DNA of 63,004 bases, the filler included, from Planctomycetota bacterium (lineage in GTDB: Bacteria > Planctomycetota > Planctomycetia > JALXBF01), in assembly GCA_026991575.1 (NCBI GenBank). It is 2 parts of 2 records of this genome, joined end to end, with 100 filler letters (N's around TTAATTAATTAA, not from the genome) between each part and the next. Parts side by side here need not be neighbours in the genome. Positions count along the whole stretch, not along the records: positions 1 to 31,540 come from JALXBF010000001.1; 1 more part is not named here. The stretch is one strand, 5' to 3'. A program made the translations under genes and the position numbers. Positions 1 through 11,010 of this stretch are shown here, one piece after another. How positions within the stretch are numbered: the first letter of the stretch is position 1; every line of letters begins with the position of its first letter. Under the pieces are notes generated by a model, which saw nothing but the letters and a program-made list of their open reading frames with translations, did no database searches and was not told where the DNA came from.

Positions 1-97
1 GTCCCGCCCCCCCGCTACCGGTCCACCCGCTCCGCGCACACCTCACCGCCCTGCCGGGCGTGCTTCCGGTACAATCGCCCGATGTGGAGGTACTGCG

Positions 98-487
98 ATG
101 AATCTACCGGCAGGTGGTCAGAGCAGCAACCATCGGACCGTGCACCGCGGCAACGGCTTCCTCGTGGCCCACGTGGAGACAAGCCCCACGGTACCCTGTC
201 CGTGCGGGCAGAGCACTCGGATCATTACCCGACAGGATACGCCGGTCTGCAACGTGCACGTGACGGAGATCCGCGATGCCCGGCGTCACTATCACAAGCA
301 GTGCACGGAGGTGTACTTCGTGCTGGAAGGCGAGGGCATCATGGAGCTGAATGGTGAGCAGGTGCCCGTGAAACCGGGAACGGTGATTCTGATCGAACCG
401 GGCACCCGGCATCGGCTGACTGGCCACGTGCGCACGATCGTCTTTGGCGTACCCGCGTTGGATCCAAGCGACGAGTATTTCGATTGA
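98..487 (+). CDS. Cupin domain protein
   Basis: Cupin motifs HYHKQCTEVYFVLEGEG and PGTVILIEPGTRH. Confidence 0.85.
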   Translation: MNLPAGGQSSNHRTVHRGNGFLVAHVETSPTVPCPCGQSTRIITRQDTPVCNVHVTEIRDARRHYHKQCTEVYFVLEGEGIMELNGEQVPVKPGTVILIEPGTRHRLTGHVRTIVFGVPALDPSDEYFD

Positions 488-521
488 TCGCACCGCTTGA
501 GAAGACATCAGGAGTACGACC

Positions 522-1565
522 ATGAAGCGAACCGGCATTGCCGTCACGCTGTTGTTGTCCGCAGTGCTGCTTGGCTCGGTTTTCGCAACCCTGCTTCCGG
601 TGTTGGCCTCCCTGGCCAGTGGAGCGGACCGGGCTCAGAAGGCCGTGCTCGACCCGGCGCGGGCCGACGCAGACTTCCGGTTCCAGGGTGAGTACGTGGG
701 GGAGGTAACGACCGATGAGGGACAGACGCGGTTTGGTGCCCAGGTGGTCGCATTGGGTCGGGGCAAGTTCTACGGCGTGGGCTATCCGGGGGGGCTACCA
801 GGCGACGGCTGGAACGAATACGAGAAGTACGAGGGCAACGGCGAGCGCCGGGGAGACCGAATCGTGTTCGACACGCCCGAAGGGCAGCGCGCTGATTTGC
901 TGGAGGAAAACGGCAAGGTCATCTTGCGGATCTATGACACCAACGGCGAATTGATCGGGACATTGGACAAAGTGATGCGCAAAAGCCCCACGCTTGGGAA
1001 AAAGCCCCCCGAAGGTGCCATCGTTCTTTTCGACGGCACATCAGCCGATCGCTTCGTTGGTGGCCGCATGACCAGGACAGGCCTGCTGATCCAGGGCTGC
1101 AGGAGCAAGGAACGGTTCGGCAGTGCGAAGATTCATCTGGAGTTCATGACGCCGTACATGCCGCACGCCCGCGGCCAGGCCCGGGGCAATAGTGGCGTCT
1201 ACGTGCAGGGCCGCTACGAAATCCAGATTCTTGATTCTTTTGGCCTAGAGGGACGGATCAACGAGTGCGGCGCGATTTACGGCGTCAAACCACCCCGGAT
1301 CAACATGTGCTTCCCGCCGTTGAGCTGGCAGACCTACGACATCGAATTCCATGCCGCCAAGTACGACGCATCGGGCAAGAAAATCAAGAACGCGCGTATG
1401 ACCGTCTGGCACAACGGCGTGTTGATCCACCGGGATGTCGAGATCCCCGGGCCGACCCGAGCTGCCATCCTGCCGGAAACTCCCGAACCGGGCCCGCTGT
1501 ACCTGCAGGACCACGGGAACCCGGTGCGGTTCCGCAACATCTGGCTCGTGCCGATCGAGGATTAG
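522..1565 (+). CDS. Secreted DUF1080 / 3-keto-disaccharide hydrolase family protein
   Basis: Signal peptide; LFDG, GNSGVY, YEIQILDS, WQTYDI and LQDHGNPVRFRNIW motifs; AGGAG RBS. Confidence 0.9.
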   Translation: MKRTGIAVTLLLSAVLLGSVFATLLPVLASLASGADRAQKAVLDPARADADFRFQGEYVGEVTTDEGQTRFGAQVVALGRGKFYGVGYPGGLPGDGWNEYEKYEGNGERRGDRIVFDTPEGQRADLLEENGKVILRIYDTNGELIGTLDKVMRKSPTLGKKPPEGAIVLFDGTSADRFVGGRMTRTGLLIQGCRSKERFGSAKIHLEFMTPYMPHARGQARGNSGVYVQGRYEIQILDSFGLEGRINECGAIYGVKPPRINMCFPPLSWQTYDIEFHAAKYDASGKKIKNARMTVWHNGVLIHRDVEIPGPTRAAILPETPEPGPLYLQDHGNPVRFRNIWLVPIED

Positions 1566-1568
1566 CCG

Positions 1569-2558
1569 GTGTCAGAACGAGCGTCGCGTGCGGGCAGCTG
1601 TCTGACCGCCCTGCTGATCACGGCCGCTGTGCTGGTCGTGGGCCTGATCATTGTGTGCGCGGCTGCCGGGTGGTTCCTCCGGCGCAGCATCACCGTCACG
1701 GCCGATCCGGCTGAGGTAGGGCAGATTGCACGGACGATTACCCAGGCCAAGTTGCCAGATCGCTTCCGCCCGCTGAGCGCCATGAAAATGGGCATGTTCG
1801 GCACTAGTGTGTCGCTGGCTGCCTACGTGGACGAAGAGGCCATGGAACAGATCGACCCGGCCAGCGCACCGGAGAAGCTCATGGACCAGGCCAACAAGGC
1901 GCCGACCGTGCTGGTGCTGTTCCGGGGTACGCTGCCGACCAAGCGCGGGCGCTTCCGCGCAGAGCTTCGCGAAGAGGCGCTGCCGGGCTATCAATTCAAG
2001 GAAGTACGCTTTAGCGGCACGATGAACGGCCGACGCACGCGGATCACCGTGCGGTGCTATCACAAACTGAGCAGTAACACGGCGACCAACGCCCCCAATG
2101 AGTCGGCCCAAGCCGAGCAGCAAGGTGGCAAGGACGCTGAGCAAGAAGGTAAGCCGGAACGGACGCAGCACGAGGCCGGCAGTACCGACGTAGCTGCCCA
2201 GACGGAATCGAAGGACAAGACGGGTGTCGCGCCGGACTCGAAGCAGCCACTCGGGAAAAGCCAGCACGAACCCCCCGCGGAGAAGGACACGGCGGGCGCG
2301 GCCCGAACAGGCCGCCAGGAGGACACCGGGGCCGCTGCGTCCGGGAATGCCAGCAGCGGCGAAGCACCATCCGCCAAGACTGAACCCGCCGCCCAGCAGG
2401 ACTTGTTGGCCGCGGTGGAAGTGGACCAGGACTGCGACCTGTTCGAGGTCGAAGCGGTCCAGAGGCTGCCCAACGGTGGGATTGCGGTCTTGTTGCGGGA
2501 CCGGCCCGATCGGTTCGACCTGGACCTCATCCGCCGCATCCTGGCGCAGGCCAGGTGA
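1569..2558 (+). CDS. Hypothetical membrane-anchored protein with low-complexity central insert
   Basis: N-terminal TM helix; starts 3 nt after upstream stop. Confidence 0.65.
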   Translation: MSERASRAGSCLTALLITAAVLVVGLIIVCAAAGWFLRRSITVTADPAEVGQIARTITQAKLPDRFRPLSAMKMGMFGTSVSLAAYVDEEAMEQIDPASAPEKLMDQANKAPTVLVLFRGTLPTKRGRFRAELREEALPGYQFKEVRFSGTMNGRRTRITVRCYHKLSSNTATNAPNESAQAEQQGGKDAEQEGKPERTQHEAGSTDVAAQTESKDKTGVAPDSKQPLGKSQHEPPAEKDTAGAARTGRQEDTGAAASGNASSGEAPSAKTEPAAQQDLLAAVEVDQDCDLFEVEAVQRLPNGGIAVLLRDRPDRFDLDLIRRILAQAR

Positions 2559-2934
2559 TTCTCTGCCCTGCTTGCGAGCACGCGCGGCGCAGGCGAACAG
2601 CCGTCTGGCTTGCAATCGTCCGGCGTTGATCCGAGAACACGAACGTAGCCGCTACGCCCCCCCTGAAAGCGGCCAGCGTAATGACCGACACGGCAGTTCC
2701 CGCGGCGCCGCCGAGTGCATGTCGTGCGGTACAGGGGTCGGGATCATGGAGCCCGTGAAATCTGTGAGGGCCGGCACACAGCACCGGTCAGCTCCCAGGC
2801 GTTGCCACACGACTTTGCGACGGCTGGATTCCTGAGCTACGGTTCAGTGGATAGGAGCTGCCCGCCAAGTTGCTACCCTGGCGACTGCGCAACTTCCCCC
2901 AAGACTCACAGCCACCCCTGGCGGGAGGTTCTCG

Positions 2935-4695
2935 ATGCGATCAGCGTGCCTTTCCGTGGGCCAACGTCTCGCCATCTTCTTCGGTCTCATCCTGGTCGGG
3001 TTCGTGATTACCGGAGTGCTCAGCTCGATTGCCGTCAGTCGCTTGACGAAGCAGGTCGCTCGCGTGGACATTGCAGGCAGGCAGCGGATGTTGACGCAGC
3101 GTTTCGCGAAGGAGGTTCTGCTGGCCGCCGCAAGCGGCACGTCGGCATCACGGACGAAGGATTCGGCTCCGTGGCAGCGGACGCGGAAGTTGTTCGAGAC
3201 GACACAGGAAGCGCTGCTCAACGGCGGTCCTGCCTATACGGACCTCGCCATGCAGCATCAGCGCGAGCTAGCTCCCGAACGGAGCGCACGGGCCAGAGCA
3301 CACTTGGAACAGGCCATGGAAAGCTGGCATCGGCTGGTGTCGGCCGCCAGTGCGCTGCTGGAGGCGGCAGCGGCAGGTAGTCCGATCGAGGAGCATGTTG
3401 CTGCGCTAGGCAGTGCTACGGACGAGTGCGTAAAGCATCAGAACAGTGCGGTGGCTGCGATGGCGGTCGGGTCGCGTGCCACTGCTCGCTGGTTGATGCT
3501 GCTTCAGGTCTTCTCCATCGTGGGCGGGTTCATCGTACTGGGCCTCATCATGTGGCACATGCGCCGGCGGCTGTGTCAGCCGCTGAGGGAGGCGGTGGAG
3601 CTTGCTGAGCGGGCAGCTCAGGGTGATCTCACCCATCGCTGTAGGCTGGTGCACAATGATGAAGTCGGGCACCTTGCCGCGGCGCTGAACCGCATGTGCC
3701 AGGAGCTGAGCGCGACGGTCAGCGGCATTCGCGACGGCGCCGAGCAGCTGAAGGGGGCCGTGCAACAGCTCGCTGCCACAGCCGACGGGCTAGCCGACGG
3801 CGCCAGCGAGACGTCGGGACGAGCCAGCTCGGTCGCGTCGGCCGTTGAGGAGATCTCGGCCACCATGAACGACATCAGCCGCTCGGCCGAATCACTGAGC
3901 GAAAATGTCCGGGCCATTGCCGCAGCGATCGAGGAAATCACCGCCGCAATCTCCGAAACATCCGAACACGCCGAGCACAGCTTTCGCGTTGCGGAGAACG
4001 CGTCCAAGCTGGTGGACGAGAGCGTTACGAAGATCGGCGAGCTAAACAAAGCTGCTCAGGAGATCGGCTCCATCGTCAGCACAATCCAGGAGATCGCCGA
4101 GCAGACCAATCTGCTGGCGTTGAATGCGGCCATCGAAGCGGCGCGGGCTGGTGAGGCCGGGCGCGGGTTCGCCGTGGTCGCCACGGAAGTGAAGGACCTG
4201 GCCCAGCAGACGGCTGACGCCACGCTCGATATCGCCCGCCGTGTCGAAGCGATTCAGCAGCAGGTCAACGCCACGTCTCAGTCCATGGACGCCATCGCCG
4301 GGACGGTGCGCAAGGTGTGGGAGTCGTCCAAGTCGATCGCGAGCGTTGTGGATGAGCAGAAGCTGGCCACACGCGAGATCGCCCAGACCGTAACCAGGAC
4401 ATCCGAGACGGCCGAGACCGTTTCCTCGGCCGTGGCAGAGGCGACAGCAGCCATCAACGACATCGCCGAGCACGTAGCCCAGATGGACCAGGGGGCGCGG
4501 AACGTGGAGGCTGCAGCCGAGCAGACCAGAGCCACCGGCCGACAGCTGGCTGGCCTCTCCGAGCATCTTCACCAACTGGTCCGACGGTTCCGGGTCGATA
4601 GCACCGACGATCAATCTCGCTCAGGCGTAGCGGCTCACCATGATGAGGACCATCAGTGGCGGGAACTGGAGGAGTTGGCTGCCGCCACCTCCTGA
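2935..4695 (+). CDS. Methyl-accepting chemotaxis protein with PilJ/NarX-like periplasmic sensor (candidate nitrate/nitrite receptor)
   Basis: TM-sensor-TM-HAMP-MCP layout; [15 protein letters not shown] box; [30 protein letters not shown] signature. Confidence 0.92.
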   Translation: MRSACLSVGQRLAIFFGLILVGFVITGVLSSIAVSRLTKQVARVDIAGRQRMLTQRFAKEVLLAAASGTSASRTKDSAPWQRTRKLFETTQEALLNGGPAYTDLAMQHQRELAPERSARARAHLEQAMESWHRLVSAASALLEAAAAGSPIEEHVAALGSATDECVKHQNSAVAAMAVGSRATARWLMLLQVFSIVGGFIVLGLIMWHMRRRLCQPLREAVELAERAAQGDLTHRCRLVHNDEVGHLAAALNRMCQELSATVSGIRDGAEQLKGAVQQLAATADGLADGASETSGRASSVASAVEEISATMNDISRSAESLSENVRAIAAAIEEITAAISETSEHAEHSFRVAENASKLVDESVTKIGELNKAAQEIGSIVSTIQEIAEQTNLLALNAAIEAARAGEAGRGFAVVATEVKDLAQQTADATLDIARRVEAIQQQVNATSQSMDAIAGTVRKVWESSKSIASVVDEQKLATREIAQTVTRTSETAETVSSAVAEATAAINDIAEHVAQMDQGARNVEAAAEQTRATGRQLAGLSEHLHQLVRRFRVDSTDDQSRSGVAAHHDEDHQWRELEELAAATS

Positions 4696-4740
4696 GGTTG
4701 CCCGACCTGCGGTCCTGTCCCGGCCACCTGACAGGCACTG

Positions 4741-4782
4741 CCCCCGCGGAGAGGCTTCCGCCACCCCGCTGCTCCGCGGGGG
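4741..4782. terminator. GC-rich stem-loop between convergent genes
   Basis: CCCCCGCGGAG-N20-CTCCGCGGGGG, 11-bp stem, no clear U tract. Confidence 0.4.
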
Positions 4783-4823
4783 TTCCCTGCAGTTCCAGAA
4801 CGCGTGAAACGTCCCTCACAAAC

Positions 4824-5648
4824 CTATTCGCCGCTGTCCTCCTGTGGCCTTCTCAGCAGGGGGCACTCCAGGCAGCCGCCGGCCTCCTCGGGCTGTTCGA
4901 TCAACTCTGGCTTCGGCTCTTTCCGCTCGTGAGAAACCCCGTACAGGATCCTTTCCAGCGTAACCCACTGGTTGATCGCGTCGGCAAGATCCGCGTAGAA
5001 GCCTTCACCGGCTTTCCTGCGCAGGCCCCGGCAGAAGGCGGGCACCCACCAGGCCAGGTGTTCCCGGAAGAACTTCTCTGCTGCCTCTACGCACACTTCC
5101 GCCTTCTCGCGCGCGCCATCGGCCAGGGCCAGCCGCTGCTTGGCTAGCACGGTTGCCATGAACTCACACATCAGCGTCAGGTGATCGGGCCGCTCACGGG
5201 CCGAGCGTGCCGGTTTCAGACCGAAAGCCCGATAGAAGCCGGCCACATCAGCCATCACTTGCGACCGCTGGAACACGTCCGCTGCTCGGATGTACTCGGT
5301 CTCGCACGGAGGACATTCCCTGGGTAACAGCAGGCCGAAGACTCGGTCGTACTCTTCCTGGAACCGTGTCCGCGGCGTGCGATGCAGCTGGTCGGCAAGC
5401 CGGCCGAGCAGCTCAGCCAACGGCTCCCCCGGTTGCTCGACCGCCTCGGCGGTGACCAGGGCAGCCTGCCGCAACAGCTCACCATCGGCTAGCCGCACGC
5501 CGTCAACCCAGATCGGTTCGTGCGGACCGCGAAGCGCCAGTGCCAGGAAACGGTAGATCGCTTCCCGTGCCAGGCTGACCGCCTCGTCCCATAATGTCTC
5601 CCGCCGCGCCGCGTCACGGTCATGAGTCACGCCGGTCCGTTCATGCAT
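4824..5648 (-). CDS. TorD/DmsD-family molybdoenzyme maturation chaperone
   Basis: CPPCETEY, VAGFYRAFG, ERPDHL and FFREHLAWW motifs; last gene of the molybdoenzyme operon. Confidence 0.88.
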   Translation of the reverse strand: MHERTGVTHDRDAARRETLWDEAVSLAREAIYRFLALALRGPHEPIWVDGVRLADGELLRQAALVTAEAVEQPGEPLAELLGRLADQLHRTPRTRFQEEYDRVFGLLLPRECPPCETEYIRAADVFQRSQVMADVAGFYRAFGLKPARSARERPDHLTLMCEFMATVLAKQRLALADGAREKAEVCVEAAEKFFREHLAWWVPAFCRGLRRKAGEGFYADLADAINQWVTLERILYGVSHERKEPKPELIEQPEEAGGCLECPLLRRPQEDSGE

Positions 5649-5687
5649 GGTTTCCTCTCCCGGTCGCTTGCCACGCGAGCTGCGTGG

Positions 5688-6974
5688 TTAGATGGAGTTC
5701 AAATGCACCTCTTTGGGCCGCTCATATGTCGGTTCCTCAACCGTGATTCGCACCACCTCCTGGCCTTTGCGGTTGTAGCCGATGACCGTGTCGTTGTAGA
5801 TCTCCTGGATTTTCTCCTTGCCGTCGGGCATGCGAACCGGAACCTCGGCCACCTTCGGTCCCTGTTCGATCTTGAACTTGAACAGCATCTGCTGGGTCAC
5901 GCGGAACAGTTGCAGAACCGCCAGCAGCTCGCGGTCGGGGCACATGTACTGCTCGATGGCCGCATCCACACCTGGACCGAACATCTGGATCAGGTAACCG
6001 CGGGGCACCCATCGGGGTGGGATGTAGTACCCATTCGGTTCGGTGCCGAACTGCGGGTACAGCGGCAGTGCAACGCGCCGTTCGCGGATCAGGAAATACA
6101 TCGGGTTTTCCGGGTCCTTGACCCAGTCACCGTTGTCGTCGATCTGCACCATGCCGCTGAGGCGGATCTTGCCCACGCATGCGGCCATGCATCGCGGCTC
6201 AATCGGTGTGCCGTCGGGCGTCAACTCCGGATCGCGCCCCTCGAGCCGCGGGAAGCAGGCGATGCACTTTTCGCTTGTTCTGGTCGTCGGTCGGTACATG
6301 GCCTTCTTGTACGGACACCCCTCAACGCACTTGCGGTAACCCCGGCAGCGGTTCTGGTCGATCAGCACGACGCCATCTTCGGGGCGTTTGTAGATGGCCT
6401 GACGCGGACAGGCTGCCAGGCAGCCGGGGTAGGTGCAGTGGTTGCAGATACGGGCCAGGTAGAAGTACCAGATCTTGTGTTCGGGCAGCTCGGTGGTTAC
6501 GCCGTACTGGCCCTTGGCCCAAGCCGGGGCTGCGGCTGTATCCTCATAGATGTTTGGCGCGGTCCAATCGATGTCGGACGGCAAGTAGCCGAGCACGCGC
6601 TTCTGCTCCGGGCCCATGTACTTCTTCACTGCTTCAAAGATGGTCATCCCCTCGAAACGGCCATAGGGTGCCTTCTCGGAGCGGGCGCGTGTGTTCCAGG
6701 ACTGGCCTCCGGGATTGAGTTCTTCGATCATTTGCAGGAGGCGGACGTCCCAGTAGTGGGGATAGCCGCCGTAGGGTTTGGATTCAACGTTATTCCAGAA
6801 CATGTATTCCTGGCCCTTGCTAAAGGTCCAGGTACTCTTGCAGGCCATCGTACAGGTTTGGCACCCGATGCATCGGTTCGTGTTAAAGACGAACACGAAC
6901 TGCCACTTCGGGTGCTGTTCCTGATAGGGGTAGTCCATCTCACGGCCGAGCTGCCAGTTATAAACCCGCGCCAT
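5688..6974 (-). CDS. nxrB: Nitrite oxidoreductase / nitrate reductase beta (Fe-S) subunit, Nitrospira/anammox type
   Basis: VYNWQLGR N-terminus; CIGCQTCTMAC, CNHCTYPGCLAACP, CRGYRKCVEGCP and KCIAC Fe-S motifs; LPLYPQFGTEPN. Confidence 0.93.
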   Translation of the reverse strand: MARVYNWQLGREMDYPYQEQHPKWQFVFVFNTNRCIGCQTCTMACKSTWTFSKGQEYMFWNNVESKPYGGYPHYWDVRLLQMIEELNPGGQSWNTRARSEKAPYGRFEGMTIFEAVKKYMGPEQKRVLGYLPSDIDWTAPNIYEDTAAAPAWAKGQYGVTTELPEHKIWYFYLARICNHCTYPGCLAACPRQAIYKRPEDGVVLIDQNRCRGYRKCVEGCPYKKAMYRPTTRTSEKCIACFPRLEGRDPELTPDGTPIEPRCMAACVGKIRLSGMVQIDDNGDWVKDPENPMYFLIRERRVALPLYPQFGTEPNGYYIPPRWVPRGYLIQMFGPGVDAAIEQYMCPDRELLAVLQLFRVTQQMLFKFKIEQGPKVAEVPVRMPDGKEKIQEIYNDTVIGYNRKGQEVVRITVEEPTYERPKEVHLNSI

Positions 6975-7010
6975 AGCTATCTCCTCGTTTCGCCCCAGCT
7001 CTTTGTCGCT

Positions 7011-7439
7011 TCAGCTCGTCGGTTCCGGTTCGCTGCTGTCTGGCCGGTTGCCGGTCTGGTGTGCAAACGGATTCCTCAGGCAAACAAGCTCTGGCGTGTT
7101 GGCGCGCTCGCTTTCGCTGTCCTCTTCGGGCGGAGCCACGAAGTGCACGCGGACACGGAACGCCCCGTAGCGTCTCGTGACGTCGTCCGCGATTGCCTCG
7201 ATCATGCTCCAGCCAAGCGAGCGAGCGATTTGGACGAGCCCCGGGTACTCGGGATCGCGGAACAGCCGCAGGAGCTGTTCGCGTTGCCAGCCCATCACGG
7301 CAAACTCTTCCATCACGCAGCGCACCATCTCGACGGGGTCTCCGTCGACCAGAACGCCGTGCAACTCCAGCGGATCCTCCTCGGCCATCGGGCGCGTCCG
7401 CGGATCCACTTTCGGAACCCACCGGGGCTCGTCACTCAT
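7011..7439 (-). CDS. Hypothetical protein between nxrA and nxrB
   Basis: Co-oriented and tightly spaced, GGGAGAG RBS. Confidence 0.75.
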   Translation of the reverse strand: MSDEPRWVPKVDPRTRPMAEEDPLELHGVLVDGDPVEMVRCVMEEFAVMGWQREQLLRLFRDPEYPGLVQIARSLGWSMIEAIADDVTRRYGAFRVRVHFVAPPEEDSESERANTPELVCLRNPFAHQTGNRPDSSEPEPTS

Positions 7440-7455
7440 CGCGTCGCTCTCCCAC

Positions 7456-10400
7456 CTAGCTCAGCTTCACAAACGCACCACGGAGGTAGATCTCCTTGAC
7501 CTCGCTCTGCTCGCCCGGGCTGTAGCCGTGCGTGGCCGGCTCCCAGACGCCCTTGCCACCAAGACCGCCCGGTTCGGCTTTGACGATCCGCACCAGCGTC
7601 TCCTTCGGCACGGTGTTGACCGCGTGGTTATCGACATCGAAGCCGAACACGAAGCCCACCGCACCGGTCTTCTTGTGGAACAGCGTGTCGGTCTGGTGCA
7701 TGGGCGGCATCCAGCCCCGGGTGATGCTCTGGTGCGACCCGTAGCGATAGTTTGCCTGGTAGCCGGTCTCCGGACTTAGCGCCCTGCCGTCCTGTCGGGT
7801 CTCATGAGCTCGCACCGAGCGTTCGGTTGCGATCCAGCCGGTGTGCTTCATGATCGTGAAGTGATAGGGCAAGCCCGGGTTGAACTTGACGCGCACCAGG
7901 CAGCGGAAGGCGCGATGCCGCAGGCTGCCCTCATCCTTGTCCCAGCCGATATAGGGCCGGTCAGCCGGGTTAGCGTCCACCCAGACGTAGTCGCCATCGT
8001 TGAGCCCGAGGTCCTTCGCGGCCTGCGGGTTCATCATGATCTGGCGGTCGGCAACGCCGGGCAGTCGCTTATCGCGGCGGTACGGATCGCCGAAGTTGTC
8101 GCTGTAGATCCAGTGCCAGTCGACGGTGGACCAGGACGAGTGCGTGGTGTGCCGGCTCTTGGGCGTCGAGCAGTAGAACTGGAAGCCCTGTGCCCAGAGC
8201 GGGTTCTTGGTTTTCTTCACCTCGCTCCAGGGCATCTTCACGTTGCGGACCTGCCGATGCACGGCGTCGATGCTGTCCAACGGGATGCCGTAGTCTTTCG
8301 GCCGGATGTACGGGCTGGTGGAGACGATGACGTTGGGCAGGTACGGCGTGGCTTCGACCGGCTCGCGGTGCACGATCAGGTTCTCGCCGTACTCGATCGC
8401 CTCAGGGATGTCGCAGTAGCTATGCAACCGTCCTGAGTCGGTGTAGAAGGGTAGCGAATCGTGGACCTGCTCCCAGAACGGCACCCGCGGATACGTGCGG
8501 TGCAGCAGCATCACGGCGCCAGGCTCGTTGCCGTAGCCACCGTTCAGGATCTTGTCCACCTCGTAGGGACCGTCCTTGCCGCGGGTCGTGATGCAGTTCT
8601 CGAGCACACGCTGGATGTAGACGACGGATTTCTTCTCGTAGATAAACTTCCAGTAGTCCCTGAACCGCTTATCACCGGTGATTTCCGCCAGCTTGGCGGC
8701 TACGCCGGCAAACACCTCCGCGTCGTCCTTCGTGTCATACAGCGGCTCGATACCGCCTTTCCAGATCTGCAGGAACGGATTCGAACACGACACGACGCAT
8801 TCGTAGTCAGTGAACTCAACCCAGGAGTTCACCGGCAGGACCACATCGGCATACTCGGCCGATGCCGTCCATTCGATCTGCTGGTCAACGATCATGTCGA
8901 CCTTGGGCAAGACGTTGACGATGATGTTATAGATCCACTTCGCCTGGTTGAGGAAGTTGGCATTGTTGTACCAGAGCGCCTTGGTCGGCGTGGGCATGTG
9001 CGTATTGCCCGTAAAGACCTTGCGACCCTCAGGCGTATCGATCGCCAGAATCGTCTCGCCGTTGGCCCAGTACGAGGGATCCTCAACATCCGCGCACGCA
9101 CGCGTGTTCGCCTTCGTCAATCGGGCCTTCTCGTCGAGCACCGGATTGAACGGATCCTCCTTCGCGTAGGTGCCCGCACCTGGGCCGGTCCAGGCCGATC
9201 CCTGGAACAGACCGCCCTTGTAGTTACCCGCCCAGGTGTACACACCAGCCCCGTGGCGTCCGATCTGCCCGAGCAGGATCATCGGTAGGTACGTGGCCCG
9301 ATTATGCAGCGTCGCGTGGAAGTAGTGGTTGATTCCTTCCCCGATGTGGATTGCAGCCGGCAGCCCCGCCTGGGTCACCTCCCAGAGGTCCTTCGCCAAC
9401 TGTTCCACTTTGTCCGCCGGTGCGCCGGAGATCTCTTCGACCGTCTTCAGGTCGTAGTCTTTCAGGTGACGTTTGTACATTTCGAAGATCGGCATCACCT
9501 CGATTTCCTTGCCGTCGACGGTCTTTACCTTGAAGGTTCCCTCCAGCACCGGGTCAACTTTCATGTTCTCACCGACCTCGTCGCGCGAGATCGGCACCGG
9601 CTGGTTCGTCTTGCTGTCCCAGACGACAAAATCGCCGATCTTCTGCCGCTGCTCGTCCGTCAGGTGGTAGATCTTGTAGGATGGCCCATTGGAGAGGTCC
9701 TTCAGCTTGTAGTCCTTGATGATGTCCTGAGGGCGGAGCCGCTTGAGCGTGTCCGTACGCACCAGTAGCGGGAAGTCGGTGAACTTCTTCACGAAGTCAG
9801 CGTTGTACCAGCCATTGTCCATGAGGATCTTGGTGATCCCGAGGAACACGGCAATGTCAGACAGGCCGGGGCGAACGGAGATCCAAGTGTTGGCTTTCGT
9901 CGACGGAGCGTTATACTCGGGCGCGATACACCAGACCTTCCCGCCCCGTTCGATCACTTCGACGAGCCAGTGCGATTCGGGCATCTTGTTTTCGATTAAG
10001 TTCTTGCCCACCTGGATGACAAGCTTGGAGAACCGCAGATCGTTGAAATCCATGTCGGACGTCTGCAGCCCGTGGACGAACGGATGGCCGGGAGCCTGGT
10101 CGCCCCGCCAGGTGTATTCGTTCCAGTCGCGGGCACCACGTGCCTGCTCGGGGGGGACGCCGCGGACGTGGTGGTCAAGTAGGCCGAGCATGTTGGAGAA
10201 CCGGTAGATGCCGAACTTGCCCACGAGCCCGTGGGCGGGCAGGTTGGAACCGATCTTGATCGTGCGTACACCGGCCCCCTCGACCTTCTCGATCATCAGC
10301 GGGTCGTAGCCGTCTTTCTGCAGCCGTCGCTTGCCCTCTTCGCCGCTATACGTGCGAGCGATCGCTTCCAGCGCACGCGCGACGTAGTCGAACGCCTCAT

Positions 10401-10923
10401 CCCACGTCACACGGACGAAGCTATCATTGCCACGATCATCGAACTTGTACTTCTTGCGCAGTTCGGGATTGTCCGACAGCGACGGGAAGCCGTCGTCAGC
10501 CCACTGCTTCCAGCCCTTGCGCAGGACCGGGCCTTTGAGCCGGTACGGTCCGTACACACGACGTTGCATCGTGTAGCCTTTCGGGCACCCGCGCGGGTTC
10601 CACGCAGGACTGGCGCTGTTGCCGTACAGGTCCTTGTAACGCTGATGGTCGTAGTTCTGCTCGGACCGCAGGAAGATCCCGTTCCGCACGAACGCCTTCA
10701 GGCGGCACATGTGCGTGTCGTTCGGGGCACACACCCAGGTGAACGTCGCATCGTAGCGGTACTGGTCGCGGTAGATCTGCTCCCAGTCCCGGTTTGGGTA
10801 CGTGCCGAGCGGGTTGTCGACGCTGATCGGTTCGAACCCGTACAGCTTCGGGATTGCCAATGCCACGGAACCGGCACCGGCCAGCTTGAGGAAGTCGCGT
10901 CGATTGACCCGTCGAAAATCCAT
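7456..10923 (-). CDS. nxrA: Nitrite oxidoreductase / periplasmic nitrate reductase alpha subunit (DMSO reductase type II), Tat-exported
   Basis: Tat signal NRRDFLK; FS0 motif CAPNDTHMC...WNPRGC (C-x3-D-x3-C); WRGDQ Mo-ligand Asp region; TPKSRH; 1155 aa. Confidence 0.93.
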   Translation of the reverse strand: MDFRRVNRRDFLKLAGAGSVALAIPKLYGFEPISVDNPLGTYPNRDWEQIYRDQYRYDATFTWVCAPNDTHMCRLKAFVRNGIFLRSEQNYDHQRYKDLYGNSASPAWNPRGCPKGYTMQRRVYGPYRLKGPVLRKGWKQWADDGFPSLSDNPELRKKYKFDDRGNDSFVRVTWDEAFDYVARALEAIARTYSGEEGKRRLQKDGYDPLMIEKVEGAGVRTIKIGSNLPAHGLVGKFGIYRFSNMLGLLDHHVRGVPPEQARGARDWNEYTWRGDQAPGHPFVHGLQTSDMDFNDLRFSKLVIQVGKNLIENKMPESHWLVEVIERGGKVWCIAPEYNAPSTKANTWISVRPGLSDIAVFLGITKILMDNGWYNADFVKKFTDFPLLVRTDTLKRLRPQDIIKDYKLKDLSNGPSYKIYHLTDEQRQKIGDFVVWDSKTNQPVPISRDEVGENMKVDPVLEGTFKVKTVDGKEIEVMPIFEMYKRHLKDYDLKTVEEISGAPADKVEQLAKDLWEVTQAGLPAAIHIGEGINHYFHATLHNRATYLPMILLGQIGRHGAGVYTWAGNYKGGLFQGSAWTGPGAGTYAKEDPFNPVLDEKARLTKANTRACADVEDPSYWANGETILAIDTPEGRKVFTGNTHMPTPTKALWYNNANFLNQAKWIYNIIVNVLPKVDMIVDQQIEWTASAEYADVVLPVNSWVEFTDYECVVSCSNPFLQIWKGGIEPLYDTKDDAEVFAGVAAKLAEITGDKRFRDYWKFIYEKKSVVYIQRVLENCITTRGKDGPYEVDKILNGGYGNEPGAVMLLHRTYPRVPFWEQVHDSLPFYTDSGRLHSYCDIPEAIEYGENLIVHREPVEATPYLPNVIVSTSPYIRPKDYGIPLDSIDAVHRQVRNVKMPWSEVKKTKNPLWAQGFQFYCSTPKSRHTTHSSWSTVDWHWIYSDNFGDPYRRDKRLPGVADRQIMMNPQAAKDLGLNDGDYVWVDANPADRPYIGWDKDEGSLRHRAFRCLVRVKFNPGLPYHFTIMKHTGWIATERSVRAHETRQDGRALSPETGYQANYRYGSHQSITRGWMPPMHQTDTLFHKKTGAVGFVFGFDVDNHAVNTVPKETLVRIVKAEPGGLGGKGVWEPATHGYSPGEQSEVKEIYLRGAFVKLS

Positions 10924-11010
10924 CGTTGCCTCTCCTATTCGTGCTTGCTCGCTACCCGTTAGCAGTGGGGATTGTCGCGGTGGCTCTGCGGACCGGTCGT
11001 TGGTTCGCCG

